DNA of 64,000 nt from an uncultured Actinomycetes bacterium. GTDB taxonomy: Bacteria > Actinomycetota > UBA4738 > HRBIN12. The notes under the pieces are model-generated. The model saw nothing but the letters and a program-made list of their open reading frames with translations. It made no database searches and was not told the origin of the DNA. The position numbers and the translations under genes are program-made. Positions 38,392 through 49,044 of the stretch are shown piece by piece. Each line of letters starts with the position of its first letter. Positions within the stretch are counted from its first letter, which is position 1. The stretch spans positions 15,403-79,402 of the forward strand of contig CAVVDF010000006.1 of assembly GCA_963746995.1 (NCBI GenBank), written 5' to 3'.

Positions 38392-41300
38392 CTAGTTCGC
38401 GAGCGACCGGATCTGCCGCAGGGCCACCGTCACCTGGCTGAGATCCCCGACCCCCTCCAGCTTGAGACCGTGCAAGAACCGCCGGACGCGCTCGGTCGCT
38501 TGCTCGTGTTCGGCGAAGTACCGCTCGACCGCCTCATCGATCGGCGCGCCCCCGGCAGACTCCAGCACGCGCTCGCAGAGACGCCGCCGCAGCGAGAACA
38601 GATCGTCCTCCATCGACTGCTGCGCCCACCGCTGCCACCGCGTGCTCGCCGGGAGTTGTTCGAGTTGCGCCTCGAGCCAGTCGATGTCGAGCCGCTCGCC
38701 GAGCACGAAGAAGCCGCGCGCGACCTCCAGAGGGGGGCGGCCGGTCGCGTGCGCCACCGCGATGATGTCGGGCGCGTGCACTAACTCCGGCTGGAAGGCG
38801 TGCCGATGCGCCACCGACTCGGGTACGCCCTCGGCGACCAATCGCCGGGCGGCGTGCTCGTGCTCCTCGCGCCACACGTCGGGACCGATCTGGCTGATCG
38901 CGTCGGAGACCTCCGAGAAGGACGCGCGCGCCATCTCGACAGCGTCGGCAAGCCGGGTCCCTGCCCCCTGGACCAAGTACCAGCGTGACGTGGTCTCGAC
39001 GAGCCAGTCCACGCCGCTCATCAACTCGGACTGGACCGCCGGGTCGATCAAGCCGTCGAGGGCCTCGACGTCGGACCAGCGCCCGACGGCCCCGGTGATG
39101 TCCCGCGCGATCCGGAACGCCTTGATCACGTCCGCCGCCGCGGAGCCGGTTTCCGTGATCATCCGCGACACGAACGTGATGCCTTGGGAGTTCACGACGT
39201 CGTTCGCGGCGATCGTCGCGATGATCTCGCGCTTCAATGGGTGGTCGGCAAGCAAGTGCCCGAACCGGCCGACGATCTTCGGCGGGAAGTACCGTGCCAG
39301 ATCGGCGGCCAGGTACTCGGTGTCGGGCAGGTCGGAGGCCAGCAGCGCCGCGTAGACCTGGCGCTTCGCGTAGGCGAGGAGGACCGCCAACTCCGGTCGC
39401 GTCATCCCCCGGCCGGCTGCGCGCCGCTCGCCCATCTCGTCGGCCGCGGGCAGGAACTCCACTTCGCGCTCGAGCTCGCCGTCCGCCTCGAGCTGCTGCA
39501 TCAATTCCTCGTAGGACTCGATCCGTTGTGCGGAGACCTCCTCTTCCTGCGACAGGATCTGCGCTTGCAGGTAGTTGTCGTACAAGACGTGCTGCACGAC
39601 ATCGGGCGCGCAGTCCTGCAGGAGCTCGTTGCGACCGTCGAGCGTGAGCTCGCCACGCTGGACGGCCAATCCGAGCAGGATCTTCCAGTTCACCTCGTGG
39701 TCTGAGGTGTCGACGCCGGCGGAGTTGTCGATGAAATCCGTGTTGATCCGGCCGCCCGCGGACGCGTACTCGATCCGTCCGCGCTGCGTGCACCCGAGGT
39801 TGCCGCCCTCGCCCACCACTCGCGCTCGCAGCTGGGCGCCATTCACCCGCACCGCGTCGTTCGTCCGGTCCCCGACATCACTCTGCGTCTCGCGCGTCCC
39901 CTTCACATACGTGCCGATCCCGCCGTTCCACAGCAGGTCGACCGGCGCCTGCAAGATCGCTCGGATCAGCTGGTCGGGGGTCATCTCGTCGGGAGCGTCG
40001 TCGGCGATCCCGAGCGCGGTGCGCACCTCCTTCGACGGGGTGACGGCCTTGGCCTTGCGGTCGAGGATCGCACCCCCCGGCGAGAGCCGCGACGGGTCGT
40101 AGTCCGCCCACGACGATCCCGGCAGGGCGTACAGCCGCCGGCGTTCCGCGAAGGAGGCAACCGGATCGGGATCGGGGTCGAGGAATACATTGCGGTGGTC
40201 GAAGGCAGCGACGAGTCGCACGGTCTCGGTGTAGAGCATGCCGTTCCCGAATACATCACCGGACATATCGCCGATGCCCACACACGTGAACGGATCGCGC
40301 AGCACGTCCACACCGAGCTCGCGGAAATGACGCTTCACTGACTCCCAGGCGCCGCGTGCGGTGATGCCGAGCGCCTTGTGGTCGTAGCCGGCGCTACCGC
40401 CGGAGGCGAAGGCGTCCCCGAGCCAGAACCCGTATTCCTCGCTCACCCCGTTCGCCGTGTCCGAGAAGGCGGCGGTGCCTTTGTCCGCCGCGACGACCAG
40501 GTACGGGTCGTCACCGTCGAGCACTCGGACACCCTCGGGGTGTTGCACGAGGCCCTGCACGAGGTTGTCGGTCACGTCGAGCAAGCCCCGCATGAAGGTC
40601 ACGTACTGCGTGGCCACCTCCTGTTTCAACTCCGCCGGCGTCGAGGTCGGGCGCTTGAGGATGAACCCTCCCTTGGACCCGTCGGGCACGATGACCGCGT
40701 TCTTCACCTTCTGGGCCTTCATGAGGCCGAGCACCTCGGTGCGATAGTCCTCCTTACGATCCGACCACCGGATCCCGCCGCGCGCGACCATGCCACCGCG
40801 CAAGTGGATCGCTTCCATCTGCGAGGAGTACACGAAGATCTCGACCAGCGGGAACGGTTTCGGCATCTCCGGGACGATGGCCGACCGGATCTTCAGCGCG
40901 AGCGCCGGGCGGTCGGAGAGATAGGCGTTCGTCCGGACGGTCGCGAGGATCGTGCCAAGCATCGAGCGCAGGATCAGATCCTGGTCGAGGGACGCAACCG
41001 CTTTGAGGTCCTCGCGGATCTGCTGCCGGATCGCCTCCGCGTCGGAGCCGGGCTGTGCACGGATCGGGTCGAACTTCGCCTCGAACAACTCGGAGAGCCG
41101 CCGCGCGATATGCGGGTGCTCGGCGAGCGCGTCGTTCCGGTACTCCTCGGTGAATCGGGTCGAAACTCGCATCCGGTACTTGCGATACGCGCGCAGGATG
41201 TGCACCTGGTGCCACGACAATCCGGCGAAGATCACGAGGCGGTTCAACGAATCGACCTCGGCGTCGCCGCGCCACATCGCGGTCAGGGCATCTTGCACGA

Positions 41301-43218
41301 GGTCGTCCTCGGCTTCGAGGTTCAACACGGCGCCGCGCGCGTCGAGGACGCCGAAATCATGGACGTAGACACGGCCCTCGCCGTGCAGCGCGATCGGGAT
41401 CTCCTCGACCGCCCGCAATCCGAGGGACTCGAGTAACGGCATGAAGGCCGACAGATCGACCTTGCCGCCCGTCTTATACAGCTTCACACGCGTGAGCCGC
41501 TCGCCGACGCTCTCGTTCGCGATCCCGATCACGAACCCGTCGGTTTCCGACGACAGTTGCTCGAGCCGCTCGACATCCAACGCGACCTGTGCCCAATCGG
41601 TCTCGGTCGTCTTGTAGTAGTCGGGGAAGCGTGGCCCGTACTGCGCCGCGAGCTGCGGTCCGCGTTCGGATCCAAGACGCGCGGTCATCTCGTCGAGGAG
41701 ATCGTCCTCCCACGTCCGCGCGAGGCGCTCGACCTCCTCTTCCAGCTCCTCGTACGGGATCTCGGGGATCTGTCTGCCCTGCTCGACGTGAACGGTGAAG
41801 AAGATCTTCGCGGACTCGGTCTCCCCGAGCGACAGGTGGTAGTCGATCGACGTGCCCTCGAACCGAGCCAAGAACATGTCTTGCAGGCGTTTGCGGAGCG
41901 TCGCGCTGAACCGCTCCCGCGGGAGCGCCACCACGATCGACACCTGCCGGCCGAACAGATCCTTGCGCACAAGCACACGGATCCCGCCGTGCTTCTCCAG
42001 CTGCAGCAGGCCGACGACGAGCATGCGGAGCTCCTCGGTCGGCGCCTGAAAGAGCTCGTCGCGAGGGAAGGACTCGAAAAGCTCGACCGTCTCCTTGTAG
42101 TCGTGCGAGCCGGGGATCAGATCTTCGGCCACGATGATCTGCTCCAGCTTGTGGTGCAGCAGCGGCGTCTTCGACGCCGGCTCCATGTAGGCCTTCGACG
42201 TGAACAGCCCGATCAGCCGGGCCTCCCCGATAACTTGCCCCTCGGCGGAGACCATGCGCACGCCGACGTAGTCCATCCGGGCACGGCGGTGCACCGTGCT
42301 GTAGGCCTTCGTCTTCGTGATCACCAGTAGGTCGCCCTGCTCGATGCGCCGTCGGACATCGGGCGCGAGGCTGTCGAGCGGCGTTGCGTCTGCGAACGCG
42401 CTCATCGAGACGTCGGACAGGATGCCGAGACCCGAGCCGGGCACCGCCAGGATCACGCGACCCTCCGGACGCTCTTCGATCCGGTACTCGCGATAGCCGA
42501 GCAAGACGAAGTTCAACTGCAGCAGCCAATCCACGAAGTCGACCGTCTCGCCGACCTCCTGTGGGGAGTACGAGACCGTCGCCTGCCGGGCCAGCTCCGC
42601 CATGTGCCGCACCCGCTCTTGCATCGGCTCGAAGTCCCGGACGACGAGCCGCACGTCGTGCAGGATCGCCCGGATCCGCCCTTCGAGTTCCTCGCGATCG
42701 CGCTCCGAGAGTCGCCGGTCAAGCTCGAAGTGCATCAGGGACTCCCGATGCGAGGCGTCACGGCTCGCCAGCACACGCTCGAGGTGGCCGTCCTCGGCGC
42801 GGTGGGTGCCGATCATCGGGTGCAACAGCATCCGCACGGAGAGGTTCCGGGCGTTCAGCTCTTCGGTCACCGAATCGACCAGGAAGGGCGAGTCGTCGGT
42901 ATTCGTCTCGATCACCGTCCCGGGCACGTCGTAGCCGTCGGCGTCGATCGTTGGCACGAACACGCGCACAACCGCGGGGTGATTCCCGCGGGCATCGACG
43001 AACCGGAAGGCCGACAGGACTGTGCCAAGAAGGTCTGCAACGGAGCGTGACTCGAGTTCCTCGACGCTCAGCCGCCGCAGGAACATGCGGGCGAACGTGA
43101 GGAGAGCGTCCCGGCGATCCGGCGGTGCGCCCGATTCGATCTCGGCGACGAGTGCGGCGAGGGTGGGGTGGGTAGCGGTCTGAATGGTCTCTGCGGGCTG
43201 CGCAGCCGGGTCGGACAC
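38392..43218 (-). CDS. gdh: NAD-specific glutamate dehydrogenase, large (about 1600 aa) GdhB/Gdh4 type
   Basis: Single intact 1609-aa reading frame from GTG 43218. It is collinear with the large NAD-GDH family: N-terminal ACT-like regions, a central GDH catalytic core (GGIRWSDR, KGGFIL), and a long C-terminal domain. Confidence 0.85.
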   Translation of the reverse strand: MSDPAAQPAETIQTATHPTLAALVAEIESGAPPDRRDALLTFARMFLRRLSVEELESRSVADLLGTVLSAFRFVDARGNHPAVVRVFVPTIDADGYDVPGTVIETNTDDSPFLVDSVTEELNARNLSVRMLLHPMIGTHRAEDGHLERVLASRDASHRESLMHFELDRRLSERDREELEGRIRAILHDVRLVVRDFEPMQERVRHMAELARQATVSYSPQEVGETVDFVDWLLQLNFVLLGYREYRIEERPEGRVILAVPGSGLGILSDVSMSAFADATPLDSLAPDVRRRIEQGDLLVITKTKAYSTVHRRARMDYVGVRMVSAEGQVIGEARLIGLFTSKAYMEPASKTPLLHHKLEQIIVAEDLIPGSHDYKETVELFESFPRDELFQAPTEELRMLVVGLLQLEKHGGIRVLVRKDLFGRQVSIVVALPRERFSATLRKRLQDMFLARFEGTSIDYHLSLGETESAKIFFTVHVEQGRQIPEIPYEELEEEVERLARTWEDDLLDEMTARLGSERGPQLAAQYGPRFPDYYKTTETDWAQVALDVERLEQLSSETDGFVIGIANESVGERLTRVKLYKTGGKVDLSAFMPLLESLGLRAVEEIPIALHGEGRVYVHDFGVLDARGAVLNLEAEDDLVQDALTAMWRGDAEVDSLNRLVIFAGLSWHQVHILRAYRKYRMRVSTRFTEEYRNDALAEHPHIARRLSELFEAKFDPIRAQPGSDAEAIRQQIREDLKAVASLDQDLILRSMLGTILATVRTNAYLSDRPALALKIRSAIVPEMPKPFPLVEIFVYSSQMEAIHLRGGMVARGGIRWSDRKEDYRTEVLGLMKAQKVKNAVIVPDGSKGGFILKRPTSTPAELKQEVATQYVTFMRGLLDVTDNLVQGLVQHPEGVRVLDGDDPYLVVAADKGTAAFSDTANGVSEEYGFWLGDAFASGGSAGYDHKALGITARGAWESVKRHFRELGVDVLRDPFTCVGIGDMSGDVFGNGMLYTETVRLVAAFDHRNVFLDPDPDPVASFAERRRLYALPGSSWADYDPSRLSPGGAILDRKAKAVTPSKEVRTALGIADDAPDEMTPDQLIRAILQAPVDLLWNGGIGTYVKGTRETQSDVGDRTNDAVRVNGAQLRARVVGEGGNLGCTQRGRIEYASAGGRINTDFIDNSAGVDTSDHEVNWKILLGLAVQRGELTLDGRNELLQDCAPDVVQHVLYDNYLQAQILSQEEEVSAQRIESYEELMQQLEADGELEREVEFLPAADEMGERRAAGRGMTRPELAVLLAYAKRQVYAALLASDLPDTEYLAADLARYFPPKIVGRFGHLLADHPLKREIIATIAANDVVNSQGITFVSRMITETGSAAADVIKAFRIARDITGAVGRWSDVEALDGLIDPAVQSELMSGVDWLVETTSRWYLVQGAGTRLADAVEMARASFSEVSDAISQIGPDVWREEHEHAARRLVAEGVPESVAHRHAFQPELVHAPDIIAVAHATGRPPLEVARGFFVLGERLDIDWLEAQLEQLPASTRWQRWAQQSMEDDLFSLRRRLCERVLESAGGAPIDEAVERYFAEHEQATERVRRFLHGLKLEGVGDLSQVTVALRQIRSLAN

Positions 43219-43313
43219 GTTTCGGGCGCCTCGTCGTCGGGTCGGCGGTTCCGTGCCGGCACGGAACCCGTACGGTGCACCATCGTAGCCGCTCGAGACA
43301 GGCCCCGGAACGC

Positions 43314-45179
43314 TCAGACGATCGTGCTGCGTGCCGCTTCGACCACATCGGCCGCCCGGTCGTACCGGCCGAACTGCGGCATCACGTAGATACCGGCGAC
43401 CCCCGCCGAGCGGAGCGAGCCGACGAGGTCGATCGCGAGGCCGCGACCTGTTGCCCAGGCACGGTCCGCGTCTTCGCCGGCGGCGGCCATCGCTGCACGC
43501 GTCGACTCGGGGATCTCGATCCCCGGAACCTCGTTGTGCAGGAACGCAGCGTGCCGCGCGGAGACGAGCGGCAACACTCCGGCGAGGATCGGCACCTCGA
43601 GCGGCTCCCCGGTCGTGCGCTCGTACGCGGCATGCAGGCGCACGATCGACGCGACGTCGTAACACGGCTGCGTCAGCAGGAAGCGCGCGCCGGATCGCAC
43701 CTTCTTGGCGAGCAGGCGAACCTCACGGTCGATATCCGGCGCGTTCGGCGACACGGCGGCCCCGGCGACGAACGAGGTCGGCTCTCCGATCGAGGAGCCC
43801 GCGCGATCGACGCCGGCGTTGAAGTGCTCGGTGATCAGCTGCAGCAAACCGGTCGCCGTCACGTCAACGTCGTTCGAGCCGTGCGGGTAATCGCCGATCG
43901 TGACCGGATCGCCCACGCACACGAACAGGGTGCGGATGCCGAGCGCATGCGCGCCCAGCAGATCTCCCTGTAGCCGCAGGATGTTGCGGCCCCGCGTCGG
44001 GAAGTGCAGCACCGTCTCGACGCCGACCTGGTCTTGGATCAACCGACACGCGGCCCAGGCGCTCATCCGCATCTTCGCCATGGGCGAGTCGGCGACGTCG
44101 ATCGCGGTCGCGCCCGCATCGCGCAGCGTCTCCGCGGCGGCCACGAGTCGCTGGGCGTTGAACGATCGCGGTGGCTCCATCTCGACGGTGATCGCGAACG
44201 TGCCATCGGTCAAGGCGCGCTCGAGCGCCGTCGGCACCTCGACGACCGTCCGCTCGGCAGGTCCCGTGTCCTCCGGCGGCGGGAACGTCACCACCGAACG
44301 CGTCGCAGCGTCGGCGATCGCGTTGACGATGGCAGCCGTGTGCGCCGGGCCGGTGCCGCAACAACCCCCGACGATCGCCACGCCCGCCGCGACCAGATCC
44401 CGCGCAACGTCGGCAACGTAGTCAGGCGTCGCCGGGTAGACGAACCGCCCCGCGACCTCGGTGGGGCCACCGGCGTTCGGGCGCGCCACGATCGGGCAGC
44501 GGGCGGCCGCAGGCATCATCGCCGCAACGATCCGGACCGCCTGCGCCGGGCCCTCCCCGCAGTTCACACCGAGCGCGTCCACCTGGAGTTCGCCGAGCGC
44601 GGCCGCGACCAACCCGGGTGTGTCACCGAGGAGCGTCCGGTCGTCGCGCGTGAACGTGGCGCTCGCGATCACCGGTATCCCCGGGGCCGCGGCTCGGGCG
44701 GCGGCGACCGCCTGCTCCAGTTCCCGCAGGTCGGTTTGCGTCTCGATCACGAGGACGTCGACGCCCGCCTCGGCGAGCGCAGCCGCCTGCTCCCGATACG
44801 CCTCGTACGCCTCCGCCGGTGCGACCCGACCGTAGGGCTGCAACCGCACACCGAGCGGCCCGATCGATCCGGCGACGAGCGGTGCCCCGGCGTCGCGCGC
44901 TCGCGCCACCCCCGCGCGGCACAAAGCGTCGACCTCGCCGGCGAGACCGTGCTGCTCCAGCCGGAAGCGGTTCGCGCCGAACGTGTTCGTCGCGAGGAGC
45001 CGGGCGCCGGCGCCGACGAAGGCCGCGTGGATACCCACGACACGCGCCGGCGCCCGGACGTTCAGCGCCTCCATGCAGGCGCCCACAGGCACCCCGGCGT
45101 CGATCAGCGCGGTCCCCATACCGCCGTCCGCCACTAACGGCCCTTCGGCGAGGAGCGCGCGGAACGCGGCTGTGTCCAT
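43314..45179 (-). CDS. bifunctional homocysteine S-methyltransferase / 5,10-methylenetetrahydrofolate reductase (YitJ-like fusion)
   Basis: 622 aa from ATG 45179. The N-terminal Hcy-binding domain has GGMGT and a Cys-rich zinc site GGCCGTGP. The C-terminal MTHFR domain has MSAWAACRL...VGDP. Confidence 0.8.
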   Translation of the reverse strand: MDTAAFRALLAEGPLVADGGMGTALIDAGVPVGACMEALNVRAPARVVGIHAAFVGAGARLLATNTFGANRFRLEQHGLAGEVDALCRAGVARARDAGAPLVAGSIGPLGVRLQPYGRVAPAEAYEAYREQAAALAEAGVDVLVIETQTDLRELEQAVAAARAAAPGIPVIASATFTRDDRTLLGDTPGLVAAALGELQVDALGVNCGEGPAQAVRIVAAMMPAAARCPIVARPNAGGPTEVAGRFVYPATPDYVADVARDLVAAGVAIVGGCCGTGPAHTAAIVNAIADAATRSVVTFPPPEDTGPAERTVVEVPTALERALTDGTFAITVEMEPPRSFNAQRLVAAAETLRDAGATAIDVADSPMAKMRMSAWAACRLIQDQVGVETVLHFPTRGRNILRLQGDLLGAHALGIRTLFVCVGDPVTIGDYPHGSNDVDVTATGLLQLITEHFNAGVDRAGSSIGEPTSFVAGAAVSPNAPDIDREVRLLAKKVRSGARFLLTQPCYDVASIVRLHAAYERTTGEPLEVPILAGVLPLVSARHAAFLHNEVPGIEIPESTRAAMAAAGEDADRAWATGRGLAIDLVGSLRSAGVAGIYVMPQFGRYDRAADVVEAARSTIV

Positions 45180-45586
45180 CACGGGCCCTCCACGCGCACG
45201 TCGTAGGACAGATCGACCACACCGCGGAGTGTCGCCGCGACCGCGCAGTACTTCCCCTCTGCCAGCGCCACCGCGCGATCGGCCTTGTGGGGGTCGACGT
45301 CGCCGGTCACGACCCACGTCACGTGGATCCCGCGGAACGTCCAGGGCGGCTCCGGATCTTGCGTGGACGACACGATCGCCTCGAGCGCCCGCAGATCCTG
45401 TCGCTGTTTGCGAAGGATCGCGACCACGTCGTACGCGGTGCAGGCCGCGAGCGACAGCGGCAGCAGGTCGGAGGGCTTCGCGCCGGGGCCGTCCGCATCG
45501 CCGCCGATCGCGACGGGCCCACCGTAGCCGGGTGTTCCGAGGAACTGGAGCCGGTCCCCCGTCCAGGTCAACCTGACCTCACCCAT
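45179..45586 (-). CDS. OsmC/Ohr family peroxiredoxin-like protein
   Basis: 135 aa with the conserved paired Cys (AACTAYD ... KYCAVAATL). Confidence 0.8.
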   Translation of the reverse strand: MGEVRLTWTGDRLQFLGTPGYGGPVAIGGDADGPGAKPSDLLPLSLAACTAYDVVAILRKQRQDLRALEAIVSSTQDPEPPWTFRGIHVTWVVTGDVDPHKADRAVALAEGKYCAVAATLRGVVDLSYDVRVEGP

Positions 45587-45725
45587 GGGTGGCGGAGTCT
45601 AACGCCCTAGGTCCGGCGCGCTCCTCGGCCCCGTCAGGAGGGGACCGATGTCGGTAGCTCGGCCCACAGCACGATGAGTACGCTCGTCGAGCACGGCCGA
45701 AGGGGCGGCCGTCGTTGGGAGAGGG

Positions 45726-46067
45726 ATGAACCTGCGGAACGTTCGTGTGGTCGTGGGCCATGGCGATCCACCGTCGGACGCGACCATCATGGATGCGCTC
45801 GACGGGGAGGGGATCGTCGTGATCGGCGACGCCTCGACACCGGAGGATCTCGCGCGCATCTTGCGGGCGGAGTCGCCCGATGTGGTCGTGCTGGACGACA
45901 TGATCGGGGTCGCCGCGGTCCAGGTCGTTGCAGACGAGGCGCCGGATGCGAGGCTCGTCGTCGTCTGGCCCGCCGCCGTGCTGCCGATCGCCGGGGCGAC
46001 CAGGGTCGATGCGGCCCATGTCGCGGAGGCACTTCGTCCCCCGGCGCCGATCGCGACCCGCCGGTAG
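45726..46067 (+). CDS. hypothetical protein, receiver(REC)-like fold suggested but degenerate
   Basis: 113 aa. The segment DVVVLDDMIG resembles the acceptor-Asp region of response regulators. There is no output domain. Confidence 0.35.
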   Translation: MNLRNVRVVVGHGDPPSDATIMDALDGEGIVVIGDASTPEDLARILRAESPDVVVLDDMIGVAAVQVVADEAPDARLVVVWPAAVLPIAGATRVDAAHVAEALRPPAPIATRR

Positions 46068-46077
46068 CATCCGGCAC

Positions 46078-46911
46078 ATGAACGCGTACGGGACCGTCGA
46101 GCGCATCTATGTCCGCCCGCCCGATACCGACGCGCTCGCGAACTGGCGGGACTACGGGTGGCACGTCGCGCCCGAGGTCGATGCGGTGCACGCCGAGCAC
46201 GCCGAGTTCGTAGAGATCCTGCGTTCCCTCGTGCCGGATGTGATCGTCGGGTCGTTGCCCGTCCCCGGCGATCCCGATGCGATCTATGCATACGATCCGA
46301 CCCTGCTTACCGATGCGGGCGTGCTGCCGCTGATCCCCGGGAAACAGGGCCGTCGCGCGGAGCCCGCCGTGGTCGCCGCGGATCTCGCCGCGGCAGGGAT
46401 CGCGACGCTCCCCGGTCTCGAGCCGCCCGCGATAGCCGAAGGCGGCGACATGCTCTTCCTTGACGAACGAACACTGCTTGTGGGCATCGGCTACCGCACG
46501 AACGAGTCCGCAGTCGCGCAGCTCCGCGTGCGGCTCGATGTCGAGATCGCGGCGTTCGATCTGCCGCACTTCCACGGGCCTGCCGAGTGCCTGCACCTCA
46601 TGTCGTTCATCTCGATGCTCGACGCCGACCTCGCTGTCGGCTACCTGCCCATGATGCCGGTGCGCCTCGCCCAGCTGCTCGCCGAGCGTGGCGTCGCGAT
46701 CGTGCCGGTGCCCGACGAGGAGTTCTCCACCATGGGTTCGAACGTGCTGGCCCTCGGGCCACGGCGTGCGCTCGCACTCGACGGCAACCCGGTAACTCGG
46801 GAGCGGATGGAGGCTGCCGGCGTCGAGGTGCTCACCTATCGAGGCGAGCACATCAGCCGCAATGGCGACGGCGGCCCGACCTGCCTGACCCGACCACTGG
46901 CGCGCCGCTGA
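46078..46911 (+). CDS. amidinotransferase-superfamily enzyme (dimethylarginine dimethylaminohydrolase / arginine-deiminase-like)
   Basis: 277 aa. The C-terminal catalytic-Cys segment GGPTCLTRPL is typical of DDAH/ADI-type pentein enzymes. Confidence 0.7.
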   Translation: MNAYGTVERIYVRPPDTDALANWRDYGWHVAPEVDAVHAEHAEFVEILRSLVPDVIVGSLPVPGDPDAIYAYDPTLLTDAGVLPLIPGKQGRRAEPAVVAADLAAAGIATLPGLEPPAIAEGGDMLFLDERTLLVGIGYRTNESAVAQLRVRLDVEIAAFDLPHFHGPAECLHLMSFISMLDADLAVGYLPMMPVRLAQLLAERGVAIVPVPDEEFSTMGSNVLALGPRRALALDGNPVTRERMEAAGVEVLTYRGEHISRNGDGGPTCLTRPLARR

Positions 46912-47037
46912 GCTGGTCCCGCCGTCCCTGGGACCTTCGACTCGTGGCGCCCCCCAACGCGACGCCTAGCGTTCGAATGGACGGCACGAACCGTCCGTCA
47001 CCCGGTTCCCGACCCCCCTCGGGCTCCGGGCTCGGGT

Positions 47038-47062
47038 GCGGGCGCCGCGAAGCGGCGCCCGC
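47038..47062. terminator. GC-rich hairpin gcgggcgccgc-gaa-gcggcgcccgc between the DDAH-like gene and the next gene
   Basis: Perfect 11-bp inverted repeat with a 3-nt loop. The following T-run is weak (accaaccttt). Confidence 0.3.
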
Positions 47063-47083
47063 ACCAACCTTTACCCTTCCTGC

Positions 47084-47554
47084 ATGACCGACCTCTGGGT
47101 GTTCCTCCACCTCGCGGCTGTCGCGATGTTCCTGCTGTTCCACGGAGTGCAGGTGTGGGCGTTGTTCGCGCTGGCGCCGGCGTTCCCCGATCGCGAACGG
47201 ATCTTCGACCGGGCGGAGCAGTCGCGGATGGCGAGCACTCCCATGTACGTCGCGCTCGGCGTGCTGGTCCTCTTCGGCGTGATCGCGGGCATCGACGGCT
47301 CGTATTTCTCGAACGGGTGGTGGCTGTGGGGGTCGATCGTCGTCCTGCTCGCGACGATCGGCGCGATGGCCTCGATGGCCGGGCCGTACATGAAGCGCGT
47401 TCGCGAGGCGACCACTCGGTGGGCCGACGGCTCGTACACCATGTCGGACGAGGACCTCGAGACGATGCTGCGTGGTTCGCGTCCGAGGACGATCGCCGCG
47501 ATCGGGATCGCGGGTCTCCTGATCATCCTGTGGCTGATGGTGGCGAAGCCGTGA
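47084..47554 (+). CDS. hypothetical integral membrane protein (4 TM)
   Basis: 156 aa and hydrophobic throughout. The stop overlaps the serC GTG start. Confidence 0.55.
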   Translation: MTDLWVFLHLAAVAMFLLFHGVQVWALFALAPAFPDRERIFDRAEQSRMASTPMYVALGVLVLFGVIAGIDGSYFSNGWWLWGSIVVLLATIGAMASMAGPYMKRVREATTRWADGSYTMSDEDLETMLRGSRPRTIAAIGIAGLLIILWLMVAKP

Positions 47555-48678
47555 CCGGGCGCCGCGCCGCCTTCACCGCGGGGCGTGTCGTCAACTTCTC
47601 GGCCGGACCCGGGATGTTGCCGCTCTCTGTTCTGGAGCAGGCGCAGGCCGACCTGGTGTCGATCCCCGGCGTCGGCGCGTCCCCCTTGGAGGTCTCGCAT
47701 CGTGGCGCGTGGTTCACCGACGTGATCGCCGAAGCGGAGGCGAGCCTTCGCTCGCTCTTGGAGATCCCCAACACGTACCGAGTGCTCTTCCTGCAGGGTG
47801 GGGCGACGATGCAATTCCACATGGTGCCGGCGAACCTCGGGCACGGCTCGGACCGCCAGGCCGACTACGTCGTCACCGGCTCGTGGGGCGCGAAGGCCGT
47901 TGCAGAAGCCACGAAGGAAGGCGCCGCGCGCACCGCCTGGTCGGACGCGGACGTGGGCTTCACTCGCGTCCCGGACACTGAGGAGCTCCTCGAGTCGATC
48001 GACGCGGCGCCCGCGTACGTCCACGTCACGACCAACGAAACGATCCAGGGTGTCGAGTTCCCGGACACACCGATCGTGCCCGACGACGTTCGACTCGTCG
48101 CGGACTGTTCGAGCGACTTCCTGTCTCGGCCGATCGACGTCCCACGGTATGGGCTGCTCTACGCCGGCGCCCAGAAGAACGCGGGCCCCGCCGGGGTCAC
48201 CGTGGTGATCGTGCGCGACGACGTGCTCGCGCGCGTCCCCGACGGGCTTCCCACGATGCTCGACTACCGGACGTATGCCGAGCACGGCTCCTTGTACAAC
48301 ACGCCGCCCGTGTTCTCGATCTACGTCCTGATGCTGGTGACCCGGTGGCTGCGCGACGAGATCGGTGGGCTCGAGGCGATGCATGCCCACAACCGCGAGA
48401 AGGCGGCGCTCCTGTACGACGTGCTCGACGAGCTGCCGACCTTCTACCGCGGGCACACGGAACGCGGATCCCGCTCGTTGATGAACGTGACGTTCCGGCT
48501 TCCCAGCGAGGACCTCGACACGCTCTTCGTCGCTGAGGCGACCGAGCAGGGGCTCACCGAACTCCGTGGGCACCGCAGCGTCGGTGGCATCCGCGCCTCG
48601 ATCTACAACGCGATGCCGCTCGAGGGCGTGGCACAGCTCGCCGCGTTCATGCGGTCGTTCGCCCGCGACCGCGGCTAG
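47551..48678 (+). CDS. serC: phosphoserine aminotransferase
   Basis: N-terminal NFSAGPGMLP and the PLP-lysine region GLLYAGAQKNAGPAGVTVVIV. 375 aa from GTG 47551. Confidence 0.85.
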   Translation: MTGRRAAFTAGRVVNFSAGPGMLPLSVLEQAQADLVSIPGVGASPLEVSHRGAWFTDVIAEAEASLRSLLEIPNTYRVLFLQGGATMQFHMVPANLGHGSDRQADYVVTGSWGAKAVAEATKEGAARTAWSDADVGFTRVPDTEELLESIDAAPAYVHVTTNETIQGVEFPDTPIVPDDVRLVADCSSDFLSRPIDVPRYGLLYAGAQKNAGPAGVTVVIVRDDVLARVPDGLPTMLDYRTYAEHGSLYNTPPVFSIYVLMLVTRWLRDEIGGLEAMHAHNREKAALLYDVLDELPTFYRGHTERGSRSLMNVTFRLPSEDLDTLFVAEATEQGLTELRGHRSVGGIRASIYNAMPLEGVAQLAAFMRSFARDRG

Positions 48679-48684
48679 CGAACA

Positions 48685-49041
48685 TCACTGCACAACGGTC
48701 ACATCGAACTCGTTGCCCTCCGGGTCGAGCAGCGTTCGCCAGCGGGCTCGTCCAAGCGTGTGCTCCGCGCCGAGCCACGACCCCCCGAGCTCCTCGACCT
48801 GCCGGGTGGCTGCATCGAGATCCTCGACCTGGAAGTCGAGATGCAGCCGATTCTTCACCGTCTTCGCCTCAGCCACACGATGCAGACACAGCATCGGCAT
48901 CCCATCCGAGCCCGGGATGAACGTGAACCGACCGTCGTCCATCGAGTCGCCGACCGGCGCCTCGAGGAAGGCCGACCAGAACGCCGCGACGCGCTCGGGG
49001 TCGGTCGCGTCCATCGTGACGAACTCGAACGTCGGCGCCAT
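48685..49041 (-). CDS. VOC (glyoxalase/bleomycin-resistance) family protein
   Basis: 118 aa with a betaalphabetabetabeta module (PMLCLHRV...RLHLDFQVEDLDA). Confidence 0.75.
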   Translation of the reverse strand: MAPTFEFVTMDATDPERVAAFWSAFLEAPVGDSMDDGRFTFIPGSDGMPMLCLHRVAEAKTVKNRLHLDFQVEDLDAATRQVEELGGSWLGAEHTLGRARWRTLLDPEGNEFDVTVVQ

Positions 49042-49044
49042 CGT

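Noticed and set aside
38462-43050. Many plus-strand ORFs inside the gdh gene
   Set aside because: The minus strand encodes one uninterrupted 1609-aa NAD-GDH with family-wide collinearity. The plus-strand ORFs are GC-skew artefacts.
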